From assembly GCA_041572755.1 (NCBI GenBank), contig JBFFRY010000006.1:11923-75922 (forward strand): a stretch of DNA of 64,000 bases. The letters are read 5' to 3'. A model generated the notes under the pieces. The model was given only the letters and a program-made list of their open reading frames with translations. It made no database searches and was not told the DNA's origin. How positions within the stretch are numbered: the first letter of the stretch is position 1; each line of letters opens with the position of its first letter. The translations under genes were made by a program, and so were the position numbers. Positions 28,023-37,857 of this stretch are shown here, in pieces. The DNA is from Acidimicrobiia bacterium (GTDB taxonomy: Bacteria; Actinomycetota; Acidimicrobiia; Spongiisociales; UBA11373).

Positions 28023-29117
28023 GTGATCAGTGAGCCATACACCCCACAGTCCTATCTGGCCGTCATCAAGGTGGTCGGCGTCGGCGGCGGCGGGGTGAAT
28101 GCCCTCAACCGGATGATCGAAGCCGGCTTGCGCGGGGTCGAGTTCGTGGCCATCAACACCGACGCCCAGGCGCTGCTGATGTCCGATGCCGATATGAAGC
28201 TCGACATCGGTCGCGACCTCACCCGAGGGCTCGGAGCGGGGGCCGATCCCGAGATCGGGCGCTCGGCGGCCGAATCGCATCGCGATGAGATCGAGGATGC
28301 CCTTCGGGGGTCCGACATGGTGTTCATCACCGCCGGGGAGGGCGGCGGCACGGGGACCGGTGGAGCTCCGATCGTGGCCGAAGTCGCCCGCAGCGTGGGG
28401 GCACTGACGGTGGCGGTGGTGACCCGTCCCTTCGGGTTCGAGGGACATCGCCGCTCCGTTCAAGCGGAACAAGGGATCCAGGCGCTGCGCGATCAGGTGG
28501 ATACCCTGATCGTGATCCCCAATGAGCGGCTCCTCGAGCTGGCCGATCCCAACGTTTCGATGCTGGAGGCGTTCCGGATGGCCGACGAGATCTTGCTCCA
28601 CGGCGTGGGGGGGATCACCGACCTCATCACCACTCCGGGGCTCATCAACGTCGACTTTGCCGATGTGAGATCCGTGATGGAAGGTGCCGGGACGGCCGTG
28701 ATGGGGATCGGCCGGGCCTCCGGCGAGAACCGGGCTCAGCAGGCGTCGGAGAAGGCGATCGCCAGCCCGATGCTGGAGGTCTCCATGGAGGGGGCGGACG
28801 GGGTGCTGCTGTCGATTGCCGGCCCCTCGGGGATGACGCTCCACGAGGTGAATGCGGCCGCCATCGCGGTCGCCGAGCATTGCGAGCCGGACGCCAACGT
28901 GATCTTCGGGGCCTTCATCGACGACTCGATGGGAGACGAGATGCGGGTGACCGTGATCGCCGCCGGTTTCCACAAGGGCCACGGCCGCCCCCGCCTGCAG
29001 GCCCCGACCGTCGGCCAGGCCCGGACGGAGGTCTCCGAGGACGTCACCGACATCCCCGCCGAAGACGACGAGGATGAGATCGGCGACGTGGAGATCCCCG
29101 ACTTCCTCAAGGGATGA
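28023..29117 (+). CDS. ftsZ: Cell division protein FtsZ
   Basis: Tubulin signature GGGTGTG; T7 loop; conserved C-terminal peptide [15 protein letters not shown]. Confidence 0.95.
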   Translation: MISEPYTPQSYLAVIKVVGVGGGGVNALNRMIEAGLRGVEFVAINTDAQALLMSDADMKLDIGRDLTRGLGAGADPEIGRSAAESHRDEIEDALRGSDMVFITAGEGGGTGTGGAPIVAEVARSVGALTVAVVTRPFGFEGHRRSVQAEQGIQALRDQVDTLIVIPNERLLELADPNVSMLEAFRMADEILLHGVGGITDLITTPGLINVDFADVRSVMEGAGTAVMGIGRASGENRAQQASEKAIASPMLEVSMEGADGVLLSIAGPSGMTLHEVNAAAIAVAEHCEPDANVIFGAFIDDSMGDEMRVTVIAAGFHKGHGRPRLQAPTVGQARTEVSEDVTDIPAEDDEDEIGDVEIPDFLKG

Positions 29118-29737
29118 TTCGCCCCTTCGAGGGCGCCGCATTCGGGGCGGCGGTCGACGGTGACGGCCGGCGCGATGCCGAGGCTCGAGTGGCGATCTCC
29201 GCCGGCCTCGGCATCCCGGCCGAGTGGGCCTCTCTTCGGCAGGTTCATGGCGGAGTCGTGATGGCGGCATCCGAACCCGGTCTCCAGGGCGAGGCCGACG
29301 CCCTGGTGTCCGCGACCTCGATGCTGCCCTTGGCGGTGGCCGTCGCCGACTGCCTCCCCGTGGTGCTCCAGGGACGGAATGCTGCGGGGATCGCCCACGC
29401 CGGGTGGCGGGGCGTGGCCGCCGGCGTGGTCGCCAACCTGGTCGATGCCATGGCCCAACTCGGCGCACCCCCGCAGCGCGCTGCGATCGGGCCGGGGATA
29501 GGCCCGTGTTGCTTCGAGGTGGGTCCGGAGGTCTCACAGCGATTCAGCGGCTTCGGCGACTCCACCACATGGGGAACGAGATCGGTGGACCTGGTCGCCG
29601 CCGTTCGGGCTCAACTGGATGGGATTCCCACCGTGGTGAGCGGGGGGTGCACCTACTGTGGGGAGGGATACCACTCGTACCGGAGGGATGGGACGAAGGA
29701 ACGGCAGGTGGCGGTGGCATGGCTTCCATCCGGCTGA
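29114..29737 (+). CDS. pgeF: Peptidoglycan editing factor PgeF (YfiH/YlmD; purine-nucleoside-phosphorylase/laccase-domain family)
   Basis: DCLPVVL and HAGWRG motifs plus C-terminal Cys pair; ATGA overlap with ftsZ. Confidence 0.8.
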   Translation: MIRPFEGAAFGAAVDGDGRRDAEARVAISAGLGIPAEWASLRQVHGGVVMAASEPGLQGEADALVSATSMLPLAVAVADCLPVVLQGRNAAGIAHAGWRGVAAGVVANLVDAMAQLGAPPQRAAIGPGIGPCCFEVGPEVSQRFSGFGDSTTWGTRSVDLVAAVRAQLDGIPTVVSGGCTYCGEGYHSYRRDGTKERQVAVAWLPSG

Positions 29738-30390
29738 GCGAGATCCGGGAACGGATCGCCGCGGCCGCCGATCGAGCGGGCCGGGAACCCGACGATGTCC
29801 GTCTGGTCGTGGTCACCAAGTCGGCGACTCCGGAGCAGGTGAGTGAGGCCTACCGTCAGGGCCACCGGGACTTCGGAGAGAACCGGGCCGCCGAGCTGGT
29901 TGCGGCGGCTGCCGGAGTCCCCGAGGACGCCCGTTGGCATTTCATCGGCCGACTCCAAGGCAACAAGGTCCCCAGGGTTCGCGGGATCACGAGCCTGCTG
30001 CACTCCCTGGATCGTCCGGCGCTGATCCGCTACTGGCTCAAGGGTCCCGGTGCACCTCCACCGGTGTTGGTACAGGTCAATGTGGGTGATGAGCCGCAGA
30101 AGGGTGGTGTCGCTCCGGAGGAGGCTCGGGCCCTGGTTGCCGAGGCCGTGGAATCGGGCCTGGATGTGAGAGGGCTCATGGCCATTCCGCCGCCGGTCGT
30201 GCGGCCCGAGGAGGCTCGCCCTTGGTTCCGGGGGCTGGCCGACCTCGCCGCCGGCCTGCGCGCCGACTACCCCCATCTCACCGAACTGTCGATGGGGATG
30301 ACCGACGACTTCGAAGTCGCGGTCGCCGAAGGTGCCACCATCTTGCGGGTGGGACGGGCTATCTTTGGGCCGTTCGATGATGGGTTGTGA
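29719..30390 (+). CDS. yggS: YggS family pyridoxal-phosphate homeostasis protein (YlmE)
   Basis: Alanine-racemase N-terminal-like TIM barrel with PLP-binding Lys in VVTKSAT; conserved position after pgeF. Confidence 0.85.
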   Translation: MASIRLSEIRERIAAAADRAGREPDDVRLVVVTKSATPEQVSEAYRQGHRDFGENRAAELVAAAAGVPEDARWHFIGRLQGNKVPRVRGITSLLHSLDRPALIRYWLKGPGAPPPVLVQVNVGDEPQKGGVAPEEARALVAEAVESGLDVRGLMAIPPPVVRPEEARPWFRGLADLAAGLRADYPHLTELSMGMTDDFEVAVAEGATILRVGRAIFGPFDDGL

Positions 30391-30396
30391 GCACTG

Positions 30397-30975
30397 ATGG
30401 CAAGCCTGTGGCAGAAGACGCTGTTCTATTTGGGGCTGGTTGATGAGGATGCCCCGTCCGGTGGGCAAACGGTGGTTCGTGAGGCTGCTCCCGATGTCGA
30501 GACGCGCCGGACGATCGGCTCGGGGCGGCACGAGCAACCCACCCAGAGAACTCCCGGTGTGGCCGGCAGGCGGGTCGAGCCCCCGCTCACCGCGCGGCGC
30601 CGCTCGTCGCCGGACAGTGCCCTCGCCGAAGCCGGTGTGATCGTGAGGGGTAGCGAAGAGACGCCTTCGGTGCGCACCCTCACCAACGAAGACCTCGAAA
30701 CCGAGGTGATCGAAGCGCGGTCGTACTCGGATGCTCAGATGCTCGCCGACCACATTCGCGCCAACATTCCGGTTGTCCTGGATCTCCGCAAGGTGGAGCC
30801 GGCCATGGTGCGGCGATTGGTCGACTTCGCCAGCGGTCTCACCTATGCCCTGGGCGGATCGATGCGCAAGGTCGGTCAGGGTGTGATCCTGGTGCTCCCG
30901 GCCAACGTGAACATCACCCGGGATGAGCGGCGCCGGTTGGCGAGCCTCGGCTACTACCAGGCCCCCGAAGGCTGA
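30397..30975 (+). CDS. sepF: Cell division protein SepF
   Basis: N-terminal MASLWQKTLFYLGL amphipathic helix, disordered linker and C-terminal SepF core; conserved position. Confidence 0.85.
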   Translation: MASLWQKTLFYLGLVDEDAPSGGQTVVREAAPDVETRRTIGSGRHEQPTQRTPGVAGRRVEPPLTARRRSSPDSALAEAGVIVRGSEETPSVRTLTNEDLETEVIEARSYSDAQMLADHIRANIPVVLDLRKVEPAMVRRLVDFASGLTYALGGSMRKVGQGVILVLPANVNITRDERRRLASLGYYQAPEG

Positions 30976-30988
30976 TACGGCGGACGTT

Positions 30989-31243
30989 GTGAGTGAGATC
31001 ATCTGCCGAATCCTGCAGATCTACTCGCTCGTGGTGATCGCCCGGATCATCCTCGAGTACATTCCGGGCACCTTCGACCATCCGGTGGCGAGGATCCGCC
31101 GGGTCTTCCGGGCCGTCACCGATCCCGTGCTGCAACCGCTGCGGTCGGTCATCCCGCCGGTCAGAATGGGAGGCGTGGGCATCGATCTCTCGCCGCTCGT
31201 CCTGCTGGTTGCCCTGAGCCTCCTGGCCGGCGCAATCTGCTGA
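30989..31243 (+). CDS. yggT: YggT family membrane protein (YlmG)
   Basis: About 85 aa with two TM helices; conserved position after sepF; GTG start chosen downstream of the sepF stop. Confidence 0.7.
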   Translation: MSEIICRILQIYSLVVIARIILEYIPGTFDHPVARIRRVFRAVTDPVLQPLRSVIPPVRMGGVGIDLSPLVLLVALSLLAGAIC

Positions 31244-31251
31244 GCGACGGC

Positions 31252-34200
31252 TCAGGCCGAGTCGTCTTCGATCCGGCGTAGTTCGAGACCGAGCGTATGG
31301 GTCAAGACCTCGGCCTGCACGGCGTCGCCGGTGCCCCTCTGGAGATCGACGGCCAGCACCTCGGCGGCGATCCACTCGTGGTGTTGCTCGATGGCGGCGG
31401 CGAGCTCCACGGCATCGGTGTCCCACCGCAGCGAGATCCGATCCGACACGTCGAGTTCGGCATTGCGCCGGGCGGCCTGCACCACCTTGACGACCTCTCG
31501 AGCGAGGCCCTCGCGTTCGAGTTCGGGCGTCAGCGCGGTATCGAGGGCCACCGCCAGGTCCTCGTCGGCGGTGACCACCACGCCGGCGCGAGGGCGGCGG
31601 CTGACGACGACATCGCCGAGACCGATCGTGTGCCCGGCGGCTTCCCGGGTCTCGCCGTCGATGAGTGCCGCCACCGTGTCGTCGTCGAACCCTTCGATAG
31701 CGGCGGCGACGTCGCGCATCGCACTCCCAAGACGGGGCCCCAGAACCCGGTAGTCGGGTTTGGCGCTGAGATGGGCGTGGGCCTGTTCGTCCTGGCTGGT
31801 GGTGACCGCCTTGACGTTGAGCTCCTCGCCGATGAGTTCCGTATGGCCCTCGACCGCCTCCCTGACGGCCGGATCGTGGCTCACCACGGTGATGCCGGGA
31901 AGAGGCTGGCGAATCCGAATCGATTCCGCGACCCGCAGTGCCCGGCCGAGCGAGACGACCCTGCGCACCACGGCCATGTCGGCCTCGAGGCGGGCATCGA
32001 TGAGGCCCAGGTCGGCTTCGGGGTAGTCGGTGTGGTGGACGCTGGCCGGGCCGTCGCCGTCGCGTTGCTCCACGACCAGGCCCTGATACATGGTCTCGGT
32101 GATGAAGGGCAGGACCGGTGCCATGAGCTGGCTGAACGTGACGAGGACCTCGTAGAGCGTGGCGAAAGCGGCCAGGGTGTCCCGGTGCGTGGTGGTGCCT
32201 CCCTGGTTGCGCTGTCTCCAGAACCGACGCCGGGACCGGCGGATGTACCAGTTGGTGAGATCGTCCACGAAGTCGATGAGCGGTGGAATCACCGCATAGA
32301 GGTAGTAGCCCTCCATCTCATCGTTGACCTGCTTGATGAGGCTCTGCAGCACCGACAGGATCCACCGATCGATCTCGGCACGGTCGGCCGGCGGAGGCGC
32401 CTCTGTGAGGTCGGCGGCCGTGAGGCCGTCGGCTGCGGCGTAGGTGGTGAAGAACGAGTAGGCGTTCCAGAAGGGCAGCAGGACGGTGCGGATCACTTCC
32501 CGGACACCCGCCTCGGAGAAGCGCAGCGGCTCGGCCCGGACCACCGGGGAGTTGATCAGGTAGGCCCGCACCGCATCGGCTCCCGTCGACTGGATCAACT
32601 CGAAGGGATCGGGGTAGTTCTTGAGGCTCTTCGACATCTTGCGACCGTCCTCGGCGAGGATCATCCCGTTCACCACGCAGTTGCGGAACGGAATGGTGTC
32701 GAAGATGGCTGCGGCGTGGACGACGAGCGTGTAGAACCAGCCCCGGGTCTGGTCGAGCCCCTCGGCGATGTAGTCGGCGGGGAACTTGCGGTCGAAGGTG
32801 TCGGCGTTCTCGAACGGGTAGTGGTGCTGGGCGTACGGCATCGTGCCCGACTCGAACCACACGTCGAGAACCTCCGGAACGCGACGCATGATGCCGTCGC
32901 AGTCGGGGCAGGGGAACGTCACCGGGTCGACGAAGTGCTTGTGGAGATCGTCGAGCCGAACCCCCGAGCGAGTCGCCAGCTCCTCGATCGAGCCGATGCA
33001 TTCCTGGGCGCCGCAACCCTCGCACTCCCACACCGGGATGCACGATCCCCAGAACCGGTTGCGGCTGATCGCCCAGTCGCGGGCCTGTTCCAGCCAGTTG
33101 CCGAACCGGCGGGAACCCACGTGATCGGGCACCCAGTGGATCGTCTCGTTGAGGGCCGCCATACGGTCCCGAAAGGACTCCACCTTCACGAACCACGTGG
33201 GGATCGCCTTGTAGATGAGGGGGGTGTCGGTGCGCCAGCAGAACGGGTAGGAATGCACCAGGCGACCGGACTGGACCAGGGCGTTGCGTTCCTGCATGAG
33301 CTCCAGCAGGGGACCGTCGGCCTCCTTGACGTTCATCCCCGCCACTTCCGGCACCAGATCGGTGAACCGTCCCTCGGGATCGACCGGGTCGACGAGCACG
33401 TCGAGGCCGGCGTCCTGGAAGGCCAGGAAGTCTGCTTCACCGTAGGCCGGGGCCATGTGGACCAGCCCGGTGCCCTCCTCGGTCGTGGTCTCCCCACTGG
33501 GGATCACCACGAAGGCGCCGTCGGCGGCGAGGTCGGCGAAGTAGTCGAAAACGGGCCGGTAGCGGGCTCCGATCAGCTCATGGCCCTTCCCCTCGGCCGT
33601 CGGAGCAGGGGCGTGTTCGCCCCAGTACGCCTCGACCCGATCGGCGGCGATCCAGTAGCGGCCCTCGAGCCCGCCGGGTGCCGCTTCGATCCGCACGTAG
33701 TCGATGTCGGCGCCGACGGCGACCCCGAGATTGGAGGGCATCGTCCACGGTGTGGTGGTCCACACCAGCAGATAGTCGCCGGGCTCCACCGGGCCGGCTC
33801 CTTCGGTGACCTCGAGGCGGACGGTCAGAGATGGGTCCTCGACGTCCCGGTAGGCGCCGAGGTTCACCTCGAAGTTCGACAACGGGGTGGCGGCTCCGAA
33901 GGAGTAGGGGAGCACCTTGAAGTCCCGGTAGACGTAGCCCTTGTCCCACAGTTGCTTGAAGACCCACCAGACCGACTCCATGAAGGGCAGGTCCATCGTC
34001 GAGTAGTCGTTCTCGAAGTCGACCCAGCGTCCGATGCGCCGGGTGATGGCCTGCCACACCTCGGTGTTGGCCATGACTCGCTCCCGGGCGGCCTCGTTGA
34101 AGCGGGCGACGCCGTACTCCTCGATCTCGGCGGGACCGGAGAGCCCGAGCTGCTGCTGCACCTCCAGTTCGATGGGGAGGCCGTGGGTGTCCCACCCGAA

Positions 34201-34461
34201 TCGACGCTCAACCCGGTGTCCCCGCATGGTCCAGTAGCGGGGCACGATGTCCTTGAGCACCCCGGCCAGCAAGTTGCCGTAGTGGGGGCTCCCGGTGGGG
34301 AAAGGGCGTCCGTCGTAGAAGGTGAATTCGCTCTCCGGAGAGCGCATCTCCACCGAGACCTCACAGGCCCGGATGTCATCCCACAGCTTGAGGACGTCCT
34401 CCTCGAGCGCGGGGAAGTCCACACCAGAGGGGACCCGGGAGAAGGGCTTTCGGTTTGGCAT
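31252..34461 (-). CDS. ileS: Isoleucine--tRNA ligase
   Basis: HYGN (HIGH-class) and KMSKS motifs; CP1 editing domain; C-terminal zinc-binding Cys cluster; start set at the internal ATG (MPNRKPF..), because the upstream 90 nt of the ORF is the T-box leader. Confidence 0.95.
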   Translation of the reverse strand: MPNRKPFSRVPSGVDFPALEEDVLKLWDDIRACEVSVEMRSPESEFTFYDGRPFPTGSPHYGNLLAGVLKDIVPRYWTMRGHRVERRFGWDTHGLPIELEVQQQLGLSGPAEIEEYGVARFNEAARERVMANTEVWQAITRRIGRWVDFENDYSTMDLPFMESVWWVFKQLWDKGYVYRDFKVLPYSFGAATPLSNFEVNLGAYRDVEDPSLTVRLEVTEGAGPVEPGDYLLVWTTTPWTMPSNLGVAVGADIDYVRIEAAPGGLEGRYWIAADRVEAYWGEHAPAPTAEGKGHELIGARYRPVFDYFADLAADGAFVVIPSGETTTEEGTGLVHMAPAYGEADFLAFQDAGLDVLVDPVDPEGRFTDLVPEVAGMNVKEADGPLLELMQERNALVQSGRLVHSYPFCWRTDTPLIYKAIPTWFVKVESFRDRMAALNETIHWVPDHVGSRRFGNWLEQARDWAISRNRFWGSCIPVWECEGCGAQECIGSIEELATRSGVRLDDLHKHFVDPVTFPCPDCDGIMRRVPEVLDVWFESGTMPYAQHHYPFENADTFDRKFPADYIAEGLDQTRGWFYTLVVHAAAIFDTIPFRNCVVNGMILAEDGRKMSKSLKNYPDPFELIQSTGADAVRAYLINSPVVRAEPLRFSEAGVREVIRTVLLPFWNAYSFFTTYAAADGLTAADLTEAPPPADRAEIDRWILSVLQSLIKQVNDEMEGYYLYAVIPPLIDFVDDLTNWYIRRSRRRFWRQRNQGGTTTHRDTLAAFATLYEVLVTFSQLMAPVLPFITETMYQGLVVEQRDGDGPASVHHTDYPEADLGLIDARLEADMAVVRRVVSLGRALRVAESIRIRQPLPGITVVSHDPAVREAVEGHTELIGEELNVKAVTTSQDEQAHAHLSAKPDYRVLGPRLGSAMRDVAAAIEGFDDDTVAALIDGETREAAGHTIGLGDVVVSRRPRAGVVVTADEDLAVALDTALTPELEREGLAREVVKVVQAARRNAELDVSDRISLRWDTDAVELAAAIEQHHEWIAAEVLAVDLQRGTGDAVQAEVLTHTLGLELRRIEDDSA

Positions 34462-34700
34462 CTCTCTCGTCCTCGTCGGCCGTCGGTGCCGCCGGGACGG
34501 GGTGGACCCGCGGTACCACCCGGCTTGCCGCCCGTCGGGCGGCCACTTCATTGCCCCTTAACGGAGGGGGGCCGGCGGGTTCTACTGAGCGGTGTGCCGT
34601 TCTTCCCGCGGCTCCGGGGTGATGCCTCCGGGGGAGGGTCCCCATCATCGCCGTGGCGGCGGATCGTACACTCGCCGCCGCGGCACCTCAAGGTCCCCTA
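34462..34700 (-). promoter_or_regulatory. T-box riboswitch leader of ileS (putative Ile/AUC specifier)
   Basis: Leader RNA contains the canonical T-box sequence AAGCCGGGUGGUACCGCGGG (top strand 34506-34525, CGCGGTACCACCC) and a candidate specifier GGAGGCAUCACCCCGGAG (AUC followed by A); purine-rich SD follows directly. Confidence 0.7.
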
Positions 34701-34711
34701 GGCTCCCGGCC

Positions 34712-35035
34712 GTGTCGCAACCCTCCGGATTGGTGCGAGAGACCCCCGACGGCGCGGTCTTGAGCGTTTGGGTCGTGCCGGGGGCGTCGCGGACGGAGAT
34801 CACCGGACGTCACGGCGATGCGGTCAAGATCAGGGTCGGCGCCCCTCCCGAGGGGGGCCGGGCCAACCGCATGGTGGGCGAGCTGTTGGCTCGAAGCCTG
34901 GGGGTTGAGCGGGCTCGGGTGATCACCGGCGAGGGGTCGCGCCGCAAGGGGGTTCTGCTGCCCGGGACCACGTCCGACGAGGTCCGGCTGCGGCTCGAGA
35001 GCCTCGGGATCGAGGCGGCGGGGGAAAGCCCGTAA
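34712..35035 (+). CDS. yggU: DUF167 (YggU) family protein
   Basis: LSVWVVPGASRTEI...VKIRVGAPPEGGRANRMVGELLARSLGV matches the YggU fold; GTG start uncertain (34712 or 34733). Confidence 0.6.
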   Translation: MSQPSGLVRETPDGAVLSVWVVPGASRTEITGRHGDAVKIRVGAPPEGGRANRMVGELLARSLGVERARVITGEGSRRKGVLLPGTTSDEVRLRLESLGIEAAGESP

Positions 35036-35079
35036 GACACCGGGTACCTGCTAGGGTCGCCGGTCCGAGGAGGGAAATC

Positions 35080-35451
35080 GTGGCCAGAGAGCTCGCAAAA
35101 TCGACTCTTCGTCGCTTTGAGGGACGACTCAACGAGGAGCGAGACCGTCTTCGCGAGGTGATCCGGGAGATCGAGGAGGAGCGGGAGGAAGTTCGGCTCT
35201 CCGAAACCTCCTCGGAGCGGAGCCCCGACCCCAACACGGCCGAAGGCGGTTCGCTCGCCTTCGAGCTGGAGAAGGAGCTCTCGGTCGCCAAGAACGCCGA
35301 GGATCTGCTGGCCAAGGTCGACGAGGCGATCGGCCGCATCGAGGAAGGTTCGTACGGGAATTGCGTGGATTGCGGCAAAGCGATCCCGGTGGCTCGTCTC
35401 GACGCGCTGCCCTACGCCACCCTGTGCGTGGAGTGCGCATCGACGCGCTGA
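35080..35451 (+). CDS. DksA/TraR family C4-type zinc-finger protein
   Basis: Coiled-coil N-terminus and C-terminal [25 protein letters not shown] zinc finger; typical neighbour of lspA in Actinomycetota. Confidence 0.8.
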   Translation: MARELAKSTLRRFEGRLNEERDRLREVIREIEEEREEVRLSETSSERSPDPNTAEGGSLAFELEKELSVAKNAEDLLAKVDEAIGRIEEGSYGNCVDCGKAIPVARLDALPYATLCVECASTR

Positions 35452-35900
35452 GCCCTCGGCGGCTCGCTCTGGGGGTCGCCGCGATCGTCATCGCCGCCGA
35501 TCAGGCGATCAAGGTCTGGGCGGTTGCCGCACTCAGTGACGGTCCGGTGGTGCTCATAGACGGCTTCCTCCAGTTCCGTCTCGTCCGCAACCCGGGCGCA
35601 GCCTTCTCGCTGCTGCAGGGCGCCGGTTCCCTGATCGCCTTGGCGGCAATCGCCGCCGCCATCCTGATCGTGCTGATGGTGCGGCGCATGGAGACCCGGT
35701 TCGAGGCGGCGGCTTTGGGTCTGGTGCTCGGAGGAGCGATCGGGAACTTGATCGACCGCATCTTTCGGGGGCCCGGCCTGCTCGACGGCGAGGTGGTCGA
35801 CTTCATCGACTTCGACTTCTTCCCCACCTTCAACGTCGCTGATAGTGCCATCACGATCGGGGCGGTGTTGGCCGTCTTGCTGGCGATCCGGCAGCGATGA
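35433..35900 (+). CDS. lspA: Lipoprotein signal peptidase II
   Basis: Four TM helices; conserved NxGAAFS and FNVAD motifs; GTG start at 35433 overlaps the dksA-like 3' end. Confidence 0.8.
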   Translation: MRIDALSPRRLALGVAAIVIAADQAIKVWAVAALSDGPVVLIDGFLQFRLVRNPGAAFSLLQGAGSLIALAAIAAAILIVLMVRRMETRFEAAALGLVLGGAIGNLIDRIFRGPGLLDGEVVDFIDFDFFPTFNVADSAITIGAVLAVLLAIRQR

Positions 35901-36832
35901 GAGCGGTCGTCGGTCCCGACGACGCCGGACAGAGGATCGATCGGATCGTGGCCAGAGTGGCCGGTGTCTCGCGGGCGGTGGCGGCCCGACTGGTGCAGGA
36001 GGGAGGAGTGCAGCTCGACGGCGAGATCGTCGAAGCGCGGCATCGGCCCGATCCCGGGCAGGTTCTCGACATCGCCGAACCACCACCTCCGGAGCGCCTC
36101 CAGCCTGAGGATCTCCCCCTCGTGGTGCCGTACCAAGACGATCACGTGGCGGTGATCGAGAAGCCGGCGGGGATGGTCGTTCATCCCGGTGCCGGTCGGA
36201 GAACGGGAACCCTTGCCGCCGCCGTGCTCCATCGATGGCCACAGGTGGAAGGTGTCGGGGATGAGGGACGGTGGGGGATCGTGCACCGGCTCGACGTCGA
36301 CACCTCCGGGCTGATGGTGGTGGCACTCGACGAGCGGTCGCTGCAGGGTCTCCGCCGCGGCCTGGCGCAGCGGCGGGTCATGCGGGGCTATGCCGCCCTG
36401 GTCTTGGGCGGCGACGTCCCGCCGTCGGGGACCGTGGACGCGCCCATCGGGCGGGATCCGCGCCGCCCGACCCGCTTTCGGGTCGATCCCGAGGGAAGGC
36501 CGGCCCGCACCCATTACCGGCGCCTCGCCGTTTGGCCTGATGCGGCCCTGTTGGAAGTGAACCTCGAGACGGGACGCACCCACCAGATCCGCGTCCATGT
36601 CGCCTCGATCGGTCACCCGGTCATGGGCGATGCCGTATACGGGGCGCCGCCGGGCCCCAGCCCGCGTGTCTGGCTTCACGCGTCTCGCCTGGGCTTCGAC
36701 CACCCCATCACCGGTGCTCCGGTGCGCCTGCGCTCGCGTCTCCCCGAAGACCTGCTCGGGGTCCTGGAGTTCTTGGGGGAGCCCCTCGAGGGATCGGTGC
36801 CGCCGGTTCTCCTCCCGGCCGAGGCCGGCTAG
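35897..36832 (+). CDS. rluD: RluA-family 23S rRNA pseudouridine synthase (RluD-like)
   Basis: S4-like N-terminus; catalytic [14 protein letters not shown] motif; ATGA overlap with lspA. Confidence 0.85.
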   Translation: MRAVVGPDDAGQRIDRIVARVAGVSRAVAARLVQEGGVQLDGEIVEARHRPDPGQVLDIAEPPPPERLQPEDLPLVVPYQDDHVAVIEKPAGMVVHPGAGRRTGTLAAAVLHRWPQVEGVGDEGRWGIVHRLDVDTSGLMVVALDERSLQGLRRGLAQRRVMRGYAALVLGGDVPPSGTVDAPIGRDPRRPTRFRVDPEGRPARTHYRRLAVWPDAALLEVNLETGRTHQIRVHVASIGHPVMGDAVYGAPPGPSPRVWLHASRLGFDHPITGAPVRLRSRLPEDLLGVLEFLGEPLEGSVPPVLLPAEAG

Positions 36833-37848
36833 CCGAAGACGCTGGTGGCGACGTCGTAGATGTCGGGGTCGACGCCGCGTATGTCGGCGCAGGCGGCCTC
36901 GAGGTCGATGGGGACTATGGAGTTGCCCCGTAGCGCCATCATCCTTCCGGAGACGCCGGCGATCGCCAGGTCTGCGGCCGCCGATCCCAAACGGGTGGCA
37001 AGGACTCGATCGAACGCCGTCGGCGATCCACCGCGTTGCAGGTGGCCGAGCACGGTCACCCTCGTCTCGAAGCCGGTGAGTTCCTCGAGATGCGGGGCGA
37101 TCTGATACGCCACTCCGCCGAGGCGCTCGAACCCGAAGGCGTCCTTGGGGAGATCCACCGGTTCGGGAGGCTCGATCCCCTCCGCAACCACCACGATCGA
37201 GTACTTCCGGCCCCGACGGTGGCGCGTCTTGAGGATCCCGGCGACCTCCTCGAGGTCGTAGGGCATCTCGGGAATAAGGATGGCGTCGGCTCCGCCGGCC
37301 AGACCCGCGTAGGTGGCGATCCACCCCTTGGTGCGGCCCATCACTTCGACCAGGATCACCCGGTTGTGGGCCTCGGCAGTGGTGGTGAGGCGGTCGATGG
37401 CTTCAGTGGCGATCTGGACGGCGGTATCGAACCCAAAGGTGAAATCGGTACCGGCGATGTCGTTGTCGATGGTCTTGGGCACCCCGATCACCGGGATGCC
37501 CTCCTTGACCAGCCGCAGGGCGGTGCGCAGTGTTCCGTCGCCTCCAACGACGATCAGCGTGTCCAGACCGTCGGCCGCGATCGTGCGGCGGATCCCCTCG
37601 GCACCATCACCGTGGACGTAGGGATCCTTGCGCGACGTCCCGAGGATCGTGCCGCCCCGGGCCAGTATGCCCCGGACGTCGTCGCGACGCAGAGGGCGGG
37701 TGTCGCCGTCCATGAGACCCTCCCAGCCGTTGAGGATCCCGACGACCTCGGCCCCGTGACGCTCCTCGGCGCGGGCCACCACCCCCCTGATCACCGCATT
37801 GAGGCCGGGGCAGTCCCCGCCTGCCGTGAGGACTCCGATCACGCTCAT
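36829..37848 (-). CDS. pfkA: 6-phosphofructokinase, ATP-type signature (GGDGT)
   Basis: MSVIGVLTAGGDCPGLN N-terminus; GGDGT (Gly at the E. coli-104 equivalent) and PKTIDND; 339 aa. Confidence 0.85.
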   Translation of the reverse strand: MSVIGVLTAGGDCPGLNAVIRGVVARAEERHGAEVVGILNGWEGLMDGDTRPLRRDDVRGILARGGTILGTSRKDPYVHGDGAEGIRRTIAADGLDTLIVVGGDGTLRTALRLVKEGIPVIGVPKTIDNDIAGTDFTFGFDTAVQIATEAIDRLTTTAEAHNRVILVEVMGRTKGWIATYAGLAGGADAILIPEMPYDLEEVAGILKTRHRRGRKYSIVVVAEGIEPPEPVDLPKDAFGFERLGGVAYQIAPHLEELTGFETRVTVLGHLQRGGSPTAFDRVLATRLGSAAADLAIAGVSGRMMALRGNSIVPIDLEAACADIRGVDPDIYDVATSVFG

Positions 37849-37857
37849 GGCTTCACC

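Noticed and set aside
34462-34551. N-terminal 30 aa of the ileS ORF (MKWPPDGRQAGWYRGSTPSRRHRRPTRTRE)
   Set aside because: This stretch is the T-box leader RNA (it contains CGCGGTACCACCC). The true start is the internal ATG at 34461, preceded by a purine-rich SD.
31297-34701. 1134-aa ORF on + strand, and similar very long ORFs (15845-18193 -, 37036-39564 +, 20008-21534 -, 21372-22847 -, 24849-26153 -, 27933-29537 -, 56414-58438 -, 62191-63849 -)
   Set aside because: They are exactly antisense to strongly supported conserved genes (ileS, ftsI/murE, pfk, mraY, murD, murC, ftsZ, TCS, nadE). They are Arg/Gly/Pro-rich with no recognisable domains. They are typical stop-codon-poor artefacts of >70% GC DNA.
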